From assembly GCA_964016885.1 (NCBI GenBank), contig OZ024743.1, positions 264,802,001 through 264,866,000 of the forward strand: a stretch of 64,000 nt of DNA, in the 5' to 3' direction. Position 1 is the first letter of the stretch, and every line of letters begins with the position of its first letter. A program made the translations under genes and the position numbers. Below, piece by piece: positions 1 through 12,339 of this stretch. The stretch is from Eledone cirrhosa (taxonomy: Eukaryota). Below the pieces are notes generated by a model. The model was given only the letters and a program-made list of their open reading frames with translations, did not search any database and was not told the origin of the DNA.

Positions 1-184
1 ATGGGCGAGGGGTGGAGGTAACCTCTCGGAGTTGCCAGTCTGACTCCGGTCTCTTCCCCTGCCCCCCACTGTCCCTGGACCTGCAAGTGAGGGATCGGCC
101 TCTACAGCCACCTTCGTGCCCACGGCAGACGGGAACAACAATAAAGAAGATGTCATCATCGTTTACGATGGACAACCAAGAAGA
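1..184 (+). mobile_element. 3' end of an RTE-clade LINE (C-terminal zinc-finger remnant and 3' tail)
   Basis: Manual translation gives ...CPWTCK*GIGLYSHLRAH, matching the C..C...SRIGL.SH.R.H end of RTE/BovB ORF2; followed by a short tail and (TA)n. Confidence 0.65.
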
Positions 185-403
185 TATATATATATATATA
201 TATATACATATGCCTGTGTAGTATGTGTATGTATATTTGTATATATGTGTATATATGTATACTAGCTTCCCATTGGTGTTACTAGATTCATGAAATGTAT
301 ATTTACCAACGTCTCTCCAAAGACGTGCGTTGCTGTCCCCCATTACAACCAACTATATATATATATATATGCTTTAATGTAGAAGACCTTCCACTGGGCT
401 AGA

Positions 404-782
404 GGACAAAATGAAGACATACAGACACACACATCCAAACTAACAAAACAAATTAGACAAACACAGATGGAACAAACAACCAACTAGTGACAAATAAATA
501 AACACATACATAAATAAAACACACACACACACGGATGTAAAGCATTCGCAATCTAAGCACACAACGCACAACACAAACAATCGTGTAGGACAGAACAAAG
601 GAGAGACATACAAAATAAAAAACCTAGTCCATGAGGAGTTCACATAATGTGTAACGAAAGAGCTTTCACAATATATAAACAACTTTCCGGTTATCTAACC
701 AACCGGAAGTTTATCATAAATTGAAGTGAAAACCAACAGGTGCGTGTGTTTTTATTGGCAACATGGTTTTCCAAAAGTATAA
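404..782 (+). mobile_element. PLE 3' terminal-repeat fragment (same family as 9722-10360 and 42640-43245)
   Basis: Reverse complement of 9722-10109; similar to 42650-43020, which adjoins a GIY-YIG C-terminal remnant. Confidence 0.7.
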
Positions 783-2012
783 CTATATATATATAAAGTT
801 GTAGTTCTTGTCTGTTTGTTTGTTTGTTCACGAAATCCTCCTATGGTTTTGGAGATAGACCCCATAACTATATATATTCTGAAACTACATTGCCCAGGGT
901 ACTTGGTTAAGAATATTTCATTTTAATCAAAAGGTTCCCCAGGGGCACAAACCTCCGCTGAAAATCTTTTCTCTTCGATTTATATAAGATGTAAACCATA
1001 TAACAAAATATGATACCGATTTACAAAATTTCAGCAAATTTCAATAATATTAAGACACCCTAATGGCGATTAAACTCCCTATAATGAATGTTTTGGCCAA
1101 TAAATGGAACAAGATGTGTTGTAACAAGATTGCATGAGAACTTGATTGAAGCAACCATTATATTCGGGGCTTAAAAAGGTTAAGCTCTTCTCATTCCGAG
1201 GATTCCACTTATACCAAGTGATAGCGAGTTGCCTTTTACATTTAAGAGGCAGCAGTTCCCATTGAGGCCATGCTTTGCCAAGGTCAAACTTTCAAAATTA
1301 TTGGTATAGATCTGACAAACACATGTTTCAGTCATGGCATGTTTTATGTGGCTGTGTCAAGGACTGGAACTTCGAAAATTCTCTATATTTTAGAAAATAA
1401 TTACAATAAATGTTTTTTACCATGAAGTTCTTCATTAGCACAAAGTATGAAATATATTTTCATGTATTTAGTATCTTAAAAAAATAAATAATTAAACTTT
1501 GAATTTCTAATTTTACATATAATATTTTACAAATAATATTTTACACAAAAAAGAAATGATCAAGTTTTGAATTGAAATTTAAAAAAAAATAATTTGCAAG
1601 AAACAAAATAAGAATAAGATTTAATAATGTAATTTTGATTTGATATATTACAAACAATAATTGTTTCAACGTTTGGCACAAGGCATGACTGGTACTTTAT
1701 TTTATCGACCCCGTAAGGATGAAAGGCAAAGTTAACCTCGGTGGGATTTGAAATCAGAATGGTACGGGCCGTAACTCTATCCGTCAAAGCATGGCGTCCG
1801 AGCCTCTAACGATACTGCCAATCCACCGCCGATATATTACAAAAAGTAATGTTTTCCAATCTTTCATGCATTACATTTTACATTAAGTAATATTGAAATG
1901 CAGAGTTTTTCTCCATAAATTGTATCACTGATTTAATATCAATAAACATTTTCTTACAAATAAAAAAAAAGAAATGTGTGAAACGCAGCAAGGCGCGGGT
2001 AATTCGGCTACT
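783..2012 (+). mobile_element. Internally deleted Helitron with PIF1-type helicase C-terminal remnant (~1140-1390)
   Basis: Translation LLIPRIPLIPSDSELPFTFKRQQFPLRPCFA../QGQTFKIIGIDLTNTCFSHGMFYVAVSR resembles the RepHel helicase C-terminus; 5' ctatatatatataaag start; 3' GC-rich hairpin-like gcaaggcgcgggt...gctact. Confidence 0.8.
1657..1830 (-). mobile_element. tRNA-derived SINE (major family), nested in the Helitron
   Basis: A/B-box-like head (tggcagtatcg..., gttcaaatccc-like) and conserved core gcctttcatccttacggggtcgataaaataaagtaccag. Confidence 0.85.
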
Positions 2013-2013
2013 G

Positions 2014-2091
<78 letters not shown>

Positions 2092-2785
2092 TATACACAC
2101 ACAGAGGTATACACAGTAAGTTGTTGTGTCTATTCTGCATGAACAACTCGATGTAATCCATATGTTGAAAATGTTGCAGTTTAAGATAAATCTCGGAAAA
2201 CAGTAAAACATTAAAAGGAAAACAGAGTCATGATATAAGTTAATACAATGACATAAAAAATCAAGTCATTAGAGATATACTTCACTGCTTTACGATCGTT
2301 TCTAGATCATGATAATACATTGTAGCTATACTCCGTTATTGATCTATGTAAGGAAAGTTACAAAATATCAGATAAAGAGAATATTTCCCTACATGCATAT
2401 CACCAGCTGTTTTCAAAAGCAATAATAATTTTATTCAATAATAATGTCATTCAGAATTAGTAGTATGTTAATATCATGGAGGTAGTTGAAGAAGTAACGA
2501 TTAAAATTGTTTTTTTCATATGGTGTTAAGATGAAAATTACACTTTAGTTGAGGTCATGACACATTGAAAGGATTGGTTGAATGGTGTTAATAGTAGAAT
2601 TGGCATAAAAATCTATTAGAAGGAAAGGGATTGTCAAACTGATAGTTGAATGTATCTTGTATAGTGAAGTTACAAAGAATGTCAAAATAAATGGTGATTA
2701 GTGTTGTATTGAGTTTTTAGGTGAATATAAATTAAGGTTATGGTTAGGAAAGATAGTATATTAAAAGATGAAAATTATAATAAGA

Positions 2786-2969
2786 TAATTGTTTCTACTT
2801 TAGGCACAAGGCCAGAAATTACCCAGTGCATTACTAGTACTTTATTTTATCGACCCCGTAAGGATGAAAGGCAAAGTCAAACTCGGCGGGATTTGAACTC
2901 AGATCGTAAAGGGACATAACTATGGTGGAAAGCATCGCGTCCGATCCTCTACCGATACTGCCAATCCAC
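2786..2969 (-). mobile_element. tRNA-derived SINE (major family)
   Basis: Same head, core and tail as the other copies. Confidence 0.85.
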
Positions 2970-3360
2970 AATAAAATACAGTTATGCGATAATATACAAC
3001 TTAACCAACTAATAGAGTTCAGTGTGGTAAATTGCTCTTAGTATAATACAGCATATGATACGCTCTAAAATAATATCCCGTATGTTTATGCATAAATAAT
3101 CAAACTCAGATAAATACATGTTGGCATAGTTAAAACAGATAAATTTCATAGATTACAAAGTGCATATATCCATACTATATATAGAGAGTGGTACAGTTAT
3201 ATTGATATCCAACCAAAAATATACATACGCACAAATAGATGCAAACCTAAATACACATTTACATATATGCACATAATCATATACACATATATCCATACAT
3301 ATCTATATCCACACATAGAAACCTATACCCACATATATACATATATATATATACACACAT

Positions 3361-3413
<53 letters not shown>

Positions 3414-3593
3414 CAGACATACACATATATATATATGTGTGTGTGTATATACACTCCTCATACAAATACACACACTCATATATAAACACTCATACACCTA
3501 TACTCACGTATACACACACACAAACACACACATATATATATATACACACATACATACACACACATACATATACACATACATATATACACATAC

Positions 3594-3634
<41 letters not shown>

Positions 3635-3740
3635 ACAAGGTAAAAGGCAACAAGGAAAAGGCAACAAGGTACACAGCCACCCGTAATTGCAAGAGTAAAT
3701 ATATATCTATGTATGCTATGGAAATATATTTATGTGTGTG

Positions 3741-3773
<33 letters not shown>

Positions 3774-3778
<5 letters not shown>

Positions 3779-3889
3779 AGTAAGTAAGACCCCGACGGCT
3801 GAGCTCAAGCCGTTTCGACGGCTAATTGTGTACAGAATTAGCCGTCGAAACGGCTTGAGCTCAGCCGTCGGGGTCTTACTTACTCCTAT
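3774..3889. repeat. 116-bp near-perfect palindrome (54-bp arms) at the start of a short repeat also present at ~17850-17975
   Basis: ataggagtaagtaagaccccgacggctgagctcaagccgtttcgacggctaatt-gtgtacag-exact reverse complement. Confidence 0.95.
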
Positions 3890-3965
3890 TACCCACTCTA
3901 CTACCCTAAGTATTGAGTACTTTGGTGCGTAATGGTCCACCTGGTTCCTTACTACTTTTCCCTCG

Positions 3966-4020
<55 letters not shown>

Positions 4021-4071
4021 ATGGAATACTGCTAAAACAATTTCTATACCTTTCATATATATATATATATC

Positions 4072-4812
4072 AAGTAAGTATGTTTTGAAACAGTGAGCGA
4101 GTTTGAATTTAGAAAATATACAGCTTTCACCGTATTTTTGACTAAAGGAATTTTAGCTTGATAACGGGGTTTGGAACCGTCAGATAAATGGAAAAAGATG
4201 AGTATTGACGTACATAGGAGTCGAACCCACATCTGTGGTTATCGCGACCACTGTGCTACTATTACACCCATATATTTCCATTCAAAATAGAAACTACATT
4301 CTTAGCGAGTTTAAATGGCAAGTAAGTATGTTTTGAAACAGTGAGCGAGTTTGAAATTAGAAAATATATAGCTTTCACCGTATTTTTGACTAAAGAAATT
4401 TTAGCTTGATAACGGTGTTTAGAACCCTCAGATAAATGGTAAAAGATGAGTATTGACGTACATGAGAGTCGAACCCACATCTGTGGTTATCGCCCCGTTA
4501 TCAAGCTAACATTTCTTTAGTCAAAAATACGGTGAATGCTATATATTTTCTAATTTCAAACTCGCTCACTGTTTCAAAACATACTTACTTGCCATTTAAA
4601 CTCGCTAAGAATGTAGTTTCTAATTTGGATGGAAAGAGATGGGTGATGTGTTGGTGTAATGGTAGCACAGTGGTCGCGATAACCACAGATGTGAGTTCGA
4701 TTACAATGTACGTCAATACTCATCTTTTTCCATTTATCTGAGGGTTCTAAACCCCGTTATCAAGCTAAAATTCCTTTAGTCAAAAATACGGTGAAAGCTA
4801 TATATTTTCTAA
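4072..4812. repeat. ~247-bp unit containing a tRNA-like segment; ~1.7 tandem copies followed by ~1.3 inverted copies
   Basis: Units start at 4072 and ~4320; inversion point ~4493; tRNA-like tggtgtaatggtagcac...gttcga(c/t)t A/B boxes. Confidence 0.8.
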
Positions 4813-4829
4813 TTATATATATATATATT

Positions 4830-6237
4830 TATATTTATATACACACACATAAATATATTTCCATAGCATACATAAATATATATTCACTCTTGCAATTACG
4901 GGTGATTGTGTACCTTGTTGCCTTTAGTCATTAACATATAAACCTAAGGAAGCTAAAACATTAAAAGGTAAAAAATAAGCATGAATGCATGTAATTAGGG
5001 GAAAGGTGTACTCATAAATGTTACTCTATATAGAATTATAGTGAGTTGCTATTTAGAATATTTAATTAGGTTTATAGTATTTAAATGTTCTTCGTATACT
5101 GTGATTACAAACTATGATCAGTTCCTGCCTTTTATTTAATAAATGGTACTTAGATTTAGTAATTTCCAAGATCTCCCCTGAACATAATCTCCATTCCCTA
5201 CTGTTCCCAAGATATGGAGTTCTTTGTAGAAGAAGGTGTTCCGCGATAACTTGAAATCTATTTTTTTCTTTTTAGAATTATTTACCGCTTCAGATAAAGA
5301 TGTGGTGATAGCTAGTTTAGTATTGTTGAAACTACTAGAGTGTGCGTAAAATACTTTCTTAAATGTGTTTGATGTAGATCCTATATATGTTTTGTTGGAG
5401 TCTGTAGTAGACACAGTGCATTTATATATTACATTATTAATCAAACATTTGCCATTTAAGTGGCAAATGCTTCTATTTCTGCAAATACAGCCATACGTAA
5501 GATGGTTGTTGGGGGTGCCCATACTATATGATTAATCCTGGAGCTATTCCTATTGTAATTAATGATAGCAGGAGAATGAAGGTTGCTTTTTGGGTGGTTT
5601 GGTGCTAGCGTTGTATTGTGATTTTGTGTTCTGTTGTTTTTGTGTTGGTGATTTGGGTATTTGTGTTTTCTAGGTTTTCTAGGTTGTATTATTTGCCTTT
5701 TTAAAAGGTGCAGTCCTATTTAAATTATGTTGTGTTGGTGTAGTCATATTATTTTTAATTTTATAAATGTTGTAGTTGCTTATTTTATGCTGGAGATTGC
5801 TTGATGTAGAGTATGAGAATTTAACAGTATATTTGTTAAATATGAGCAGAGTCCATGGATCCCATCGTAATATCGAATAAGTTGTTATATGTGTTTCTCG
5901 TCCAGTATTCTTCTTGTAAGTTTAGTAAAGTTTTTCTAGGGTGAGTTACGATGTTGATTTCCTCAGTAGATAAATCCGATCTATTTCTGGTAAAGATCAG
6001 TGCTTTATTTAAAAGAATTGGAGAAATCGAAGAATACTAAGAATCGATGTCGAATTAAATGAATGAAGCTGAGTTTTTATTCCCAATGCTAGTGAAGCAT
6101 TCAATAACTTGGGAAGTGTTATCCCATATTGGAAGTGTTACACATTTTCTAATTTGCGGAATGATACGATCAATAATCTTTTTGCTGATATTACAGATAT
6201 CAGATTTTGATGGGCATATCAGTCTAATAGATGGGTT
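4830..6237 (-). mobile_element. Decayed Penelope-like element: RT N-terminal fragment, deletion, GIY-YIG endonuclease, 3' UTR
   Basis: ORF 6055-6381 has NPSIRLICPSKSDICNISKKIIDRI...WDNTSQVI...SFI (PLE RT); ORF 5136-5522 has NNVIYKCTV...TYIGSTSNTFKK..YAH (GIY-YIG). Confidence 0.85.
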
Positions 6238-6912
6238 CAACCATCTTACGTATGGCTGTAATTGCTGAAATAGAAGCATTTGCTCCTTAAATAGCAACAG
6301 TTTTTTTAATAATGTAATATATAAATGCACTGTGTCTACTACAGACTCCAACAAAACATATATAGGATCTACATCAAACACATTTAAGAAAAGATTTTAC
6401 GCACACGCTAGTAGTATCAACAATACTAAACTAGCTAACACCACATCTTTAGCTGAAGCGGTAAGTAATTATAAAAAGAAAAAAATAGATTTCAAGTTAT
6501 CGTGGAACACCATTCTACAAAGAACTCCATATCTTGGGAACAGGAGGGAATGCAGATTATGATCAGGGCAGATCTTGGAAATTAATAAATCTAAGGACGA
6601 TTTATTAAATAAAATGCAGGAACTGATCATAGTTTGTAATCACCGTATACGAAGAACATTTAAATACTATAAACCTAATTAAATACTATAAACCTAATTA
6701 AATATTTTAAATAGCAACTCACTATAATTCTATATAGAGTAACATTTATTAGTACCCCCTTTCCCCTAATTATATGCATTCATGCTTATTTTTAACCTTT
6801 CAATGTTTTAGCTTCCTTAGGTTTATGCGTTAATGACAAAAGGCAACAAGGTACACAACCACCCGTAATTGCATGAGTAAATATATATCTATGTATGATA
6901 TAGAAATATATT

Positions 6913-6920
<8 letters not shown>
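6238..6920 (+). mobile_element. Inverted partial copy of the same PLE (GIY-YIG and 3' UTR)
   Basis: ORF 6332-6562 TYIGSTSNTFKKRFYAH; reverse complement of 4830-5508. Confidence 0.85.
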
Positions 6921-6981
<61 letters not shown>

Positions 6982-7646
6982 GTATGTCTGTATATATATA
7001 TGTGTGTGTTTGTGTGCGTGTATATGTGAGTGTAGGTGTACGAGTGTCTATATATGAGTGTGTGTACATGTATGAGGAGTGTACATACACACACACATAT
7101 ATATATATATATATATGTGTGTATATATATATATATATATGTATAAGTATATATATATATATATATGTGTGTGTATGTATATGTGTGTATATATATATAT
7201 ATATGTATAAGTATATATATATATATATATGTGTGTGTGTATGTATATGTGTGTATATATATATATATATGTGTGGGTATAGCTGTGTATGTGGGGATAT
7301 AGATATGTATGGATATGTGTGTATATGATTATGTGCATATGTGTAAATGTGTATTTAGGTTTGCATCTATTTGTGCGTATGTATATTATTGGTTGGATAT
7401 CAATATAACTGTACCTCTCTATATATATAGTGTGGATATATGCACTTTGTAATCTATGAAATTTATGTGTTTTAACTATTGCAACACGTATTTATCTGAG
7501 TTTGATTATTTATGCATAAACATACTTGATAGTAGTTTATCAATGTATTTATTACTTGATAGTATCTTATCATATGCTGTATTATACTAAGTGCAATTTA
7601 CCACACCGTACTATATCGTGTTAGTTAAGTTGTATATTATCGCATT

Positions 7647-7823
7647 TGGCAGTATCGGTAGAGGGTCGGACGCCATGCTTTGAGCATAGAGTTACTACCC
7701 TTGCCATTCTGAGTTCAAATCCCGCCAAGGTTAACTTTGCCTTCCATCCTTACTGGGTCGATAAAATAAAGTACCAGTAATACACTGGTAATTGCTGGCC
7801 TTGTGCCAAAAGTAGCAACAATA
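7647..7823 (+). mobile_element. tRNA-derived SINE (mirror of 2786-2969)
   Basis: Family head, core and tail. Confidence 0.85.
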
Positions 7824-8524
7824 ATCTTTTTATAATTTTCATCTTTTAATATACTATCTTTCCTAGCCATAACCTTAATTTATATTCACCTAAAAACTCA
7901 ATACAACACTAATCACCATTTATTTTGTCATTCTTTGTAACTTCACTATACCAGATACATTCAACTATCAGTTTGACAATCCCTTTCCTCCTAATAGATT
8001 TTCATGCCAATTCTACTATTAACACCATTCAACCAATCCTTTCAATGTGTCATGACCTCAACTAAAGTGTAATTTTCATCTTAACACCATATGAAAAAAA
8101 CAATTTTAATCGTTACTTCTTCAACTACCTCCATGATATTAACATACTACTAATTCTGAATTACATTATTATTGAATAAAATTATTATTGCTTTTGAAAA
8201 CAGCTGGTGATATGCATGTAGGTAAATATTCTCTTCATCTGATATTTTGTAACTGTCCTTACATAGATCAATAACGGAGTATATCTACAATGTATTATCA
8301 TCAACTAGAAACGATCGTAAAGCAGTGAAGTATATCTCTAATGACTTGATTTTTTATTTCATTGTTTTAACTTATATCATGATCTCTTTTCCTTTTAATG
8401 TTTTATTGTTTTCCGAGATATATCTTAACCTACAACATTTTCAACATATGGATTGCATCGAATTCTTCATGCAGAATAGACACCACAACTTACTGTGGAT
8501 ACTTCTGTGTATATATATATATAT

Positions 8525-9720
8525 TTCTTTTTTTTTATTTGTAAGAAAATGATTATTGATTTCAAATCAGTGTTACAATTTATGGAGAAAAAACTCTGCA
8601 TTTCAATATTACTTAATGTAAAATGTAATGCATGAAAGATTGGAAAACATTATTTTTCGTAATATATCGGCGGTGGATTGGCAGTATCGGTAGAGTGTCG
8701 GACGCTATGCTTTGACGGATAGAGTTACGGCCCTTGCCATTCTGAGTTCAAATCCCGCCGAGGTTAACTTTGCCTTTCATCCTTACGGGGTCGATAAAAT
8801 AAATTACCAGTAATTCACTGGGATAATTGCTGGCCTTGTGCCAAAAGTTGAAACAATTATTGTTTGTAATATATCAAATCAAAATTACATTATTAAATCT
8901 TATTCTTATTTTGTTTCTTGTATATTATTTTTTTTTAAATATCAATTCAAAACTTGATCATTTCTTTTTTATGTAAAATATTATTTTCAAATTAGAAATT
9001 CAAAGTTTAATTATTTATTTTTTAACATAATAAATATATGAAAATATATTTCATACTTTGTCCTAATGAAGAACTTCAGGGTAAACAACATTTCTTGTAA
9101 TTATTTTCTAAATTATAGAGATTTTTCGAAGTTCCAGTCCTTGACACAGCCACATAAAACAAGCCATGACTGAAACATATGTTTGTCAGATCTATACCAA
9201 TAGTTTTGAAAGTTTGACCTTGGCAAAGCATGGCCTCGCTGAGAACTGCAGCCTCTTAAATGTAAAAGGCAACTCGCTATCACTTGGTATAAGTGGAATC
9301 CTTGGAATGAGAAGAGCTTAACCTTTGTAAGCCCCGAATATAATGGTTGCTTCAATCAAGTTCTCATGCAATCTTGTTACAACACATCTTGTTACATTTA
9401 TTGGCCAAAACTTTCACTATAAGGAGTTTAATCGCCATTAGGGTGTCTTAATATTATTGAAATTTGCTGAAATTTTGTAAATCGGCATCATATTTTGTTA
9501 TATGGTTTACATCTTATATAAATCGAAGAGAAAAGATTTTCAGCGGAGGTTTGTGCCCCTGGGGAACCTTTTGATTAAAATGAAATATTATTAACCAAGT
9601 ACCCTGGGCAATGTAGTTTCAGAATATATATAGTTATGGGGTCTATCTCCAAAACCATAGGAGGAGTTCGTGAACAAACAAACAAACATACAGGAACTAC
9701 AAATTTATTTATATATATAT
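8525..9720 (-). mobile_element. Mirror copy of the Helitron remnant (helicase fragment ~9110-9360); the 3' hairpin end is missing
   Basis: Reverse complement of ~783-1975. Confidence 0.8.
8669..8858 (+). mobile_element. tRNA-derived SINE, full length
   Basis: ggcggtggattggcagtatcggtagag...gagttcaaatcccgccgagg...ggccttgtgccaaaagttgaaacaatt. Confidence 0.9.
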
Positions 9721-9721
9721 G

Positions 9722-10360
9722 TATACTTTGGGAGAACCATGTTGCAAATAAAAACACACGCACCTGTTGGTTTTCACTTCAACTTATGATAAACTTCCGG
9801 TTGGTTCGATAACCGGAAGGTTGTTTATATATTGTGAAAGCTTTTTCGTTACACATTATGTGACCTCCTCAGGGACTAGGTTTTTATTTTGTATGTCTCT
9901 CCTTTGTTCTGTCCTACACGATTGTTTGTGTTGTGTGTTGTGTTCTTAGTTTGCGCATGCGTTACATCCGTGTGTGTGTGTGTGTGTGTGTTTTATTTAT
10001 GTATGTGTTTATTTATTCGTCACTAGTTGGTTGTTTGTTCTATCTGTGTGTGTCTAATTTGTTTTGTTAGTTTTGTTTTTGTGTGTGTCTGTATGTCTTC
10101 ATTTTGTCCCTTATTACTAGCTGTGATATTGCCATTCCACTCATGATTTCTGTTTAACTTTGATAGGAGTTCGTTTATAAGTGAACATTAGTAAGAAATC
10201 CAGGATGGGAAAACTCATCAGTACTCCATCAACATGCCAAAATAGAACATAGTGGCACATTAAAGAACATAGAGATAAAAATTATATCCACACACAGAAA
10301 AGAAGCAATGCTCAGGCAAATGACAGAGGCAACGGATATAAATGAACTCCAACCAAAATT
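9722..10360 (-). mobile_element. PLE 3' end with inverted 5' segment (GIY-YIG C-terminus on + strand, ~10190-10360)
   Basis: Plus-strand translation SVLHQHAKIEHSGTLKNIEIKII...AMLRQMTEATDINELQPK; minus part matches 42650-43100; HHR-like motif at ~9833-9876 (-). Confidence 0.75.
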
Positions 10361-12339
10361 TATTTCTTTATTTGTATTTATATCCGTTAATTTTGTTTTT
10401 GTTTATAACGGTTTTTTTCCTATAATGCTCAAGATAGGAGCGTCCGTTGAATTCTAGGCCCGTGTTTGACATTCTATATGCTTGTTTGTGTTTTTGATGG
10501 TCGTCCACAGATTTGATGTAATTTTTGTTGTGTTAACAATGATGTGAAGATCAGGCGGTTTGGAGTCTGGCCTTGAGGTGCCATCCCAGATCAGGATTCA
10601 GCTGCCTGGGGAATATTTGTGAACAGGATTAAGGAATAAAAATACACGTACCTGTTGGATTTCACTACAATTTATTAGAAATTTCCAGTTGTTTGGTTGG
10701 TTGGTTCAATAACCGGATGATTGTTTATATATTGTCAAAGCTTAATTTGCACCTCTCCTTTCTTCTGTCGTAAACCATCAAGTGCTTTGACATTTTATAA
10801 ACAACCATCCGGTTATTGAACCAACCAAGCGGAAATTTATAATAAATTGAAATGAAAATCAACAGATGCGTATGAGTTTGTTGGCAGCATGACTCCCAAA
10901 TTATTACAATATGTATATATACATGTGTGTGTGCGTGCGTCTGTGTGTGTATGTGTGTGCCTCTGTGTCTGTGCGCACTTCAAATTAAAGGATAATTGAG
11001 AAGCTTAATCATCTTACATATTATTTGTTATGATACATTCACATAGTGTATAATTGCTATACATTCTTATTCGGTTGAATTTCTTAAACTGTGACAAGTA
11101 TTTCGCATCTCCTTCAAGCGCATAAGACGTTCAGTTCTATTTGTATTTGCCCAGACAGTTGACATATTTTTTTAAACCCATGCAGTGTCGATTTTAACGA
11201 CAGATATAAATTGTTTTGTATAATCTATGGGACATATCTGAAGACGATTCTTCAGACAATTAGTTTTTCGTTTTCTGTAGTTCTACCAAAATCGATAGTT
11301 GGTAAAGCTAAATCAGTGGGACGAAACGAAATCAATGTTATGGAGAAACGGCGGATAATTGTTTACCTAACCTCGTAGGTATGTTTAGACACACACACGC
11401 ACACACATATATATATATTCAAATATTCGAGGTCCGTGGGTCATGCACTGACTGGACAGGACGGTAAATAGGGCAGTCACAAGGCGTAAGTAACTATACT
11501 GTTTCGAAATATAAAGATTGCCGCGTAAGCGTGGAAAATATAGTTCAAGACAACAAACATAGGTACAATAGATACATTAGTTTCACTCCTCTTTCCAATA
11601 TAGAGCGTGAAAATAATAAGACTTTGTGTACCTCTGTTTGTTGTCTCCTTGAATTATACATATATACATATACATGTATATATATATATACACACATATT
11701 CAATGGAAAATTTCTGTCCATATTTTTAAAATAAAATATATATGTTTACGTTCTATCGATATAACCTGATTTGTAAAATACCGTGTATGCGTATATCAAT
11801 ATATAGAAGCATATGCGTACAGCATTATTCGTATTGTTCTGTATATGTGTGCTTCCTGTTTCATCAACCTCACCGTGTGGTTTTAAACCAATGTTCTCAC
11901 CAATGTTTGGTTATTTTATATAGAAAAAGAATTTTTTCAATATTCTGACAGCAATAGAAGAGTGTCCGTTTTCTCCTCAAATTTATTGAAGCCACTTGGA
12001 TGGCATAAGAACTGGAGAAAGGCGAAATTTATAAGACACACTCAATTGATAGCTGATAGTGAAAATATAAAGACATCTTATTATTTATAGCAGATGTTTT
12101 CAATCGATAGTTTTGAAGGAGGAGCTGCGAAGGTTAAAGTAGACAAACTTTTTACCGCCTTTAAAACACTTAAATAGATATTTACAGAGTTATATCTCGG
12201 GAAAATATCGATACGAATGATAGTTGCCTATAGTTTAAAAGCTTTTTTTAAACATATATCAAGAGGTCAAATGTGACTTAGACGCATTCATATATCATTT
12301 CGTAATTATGTATGTATGTGTGCCTGTATGTATGCATGT

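Larger units (their letters stand above)
404..10109. repeat. Giant inverted duplication: arms ~404-5508 and ~6238-10109, spacer ~730 bp; left arm carries an extra ~1.2 kb insert (~3630-4830)
   Basis: Reverse-complement matches read along both arms, e.g. ggacaaaatgaagacatacagacac (404) vs gtgtctgtatgtcttcattttgtcc (ends 10109); inner ends ccatacgtaagatggttg (5508) vs caaccatcttacgtatgg (6238). SINE and Helitron copies are mirrored. Confidence 0.95.

Noticed and set aside
4640-4715. tRNA gene
   Set aside because: A/B-box-like motifs but no convincing cloverleaf; lies inside a repeat unit
4735-4805. Hammerhead in the 247-bp unit
   Set aside because: A9 of the core is absent in all copies and stem I does not pair
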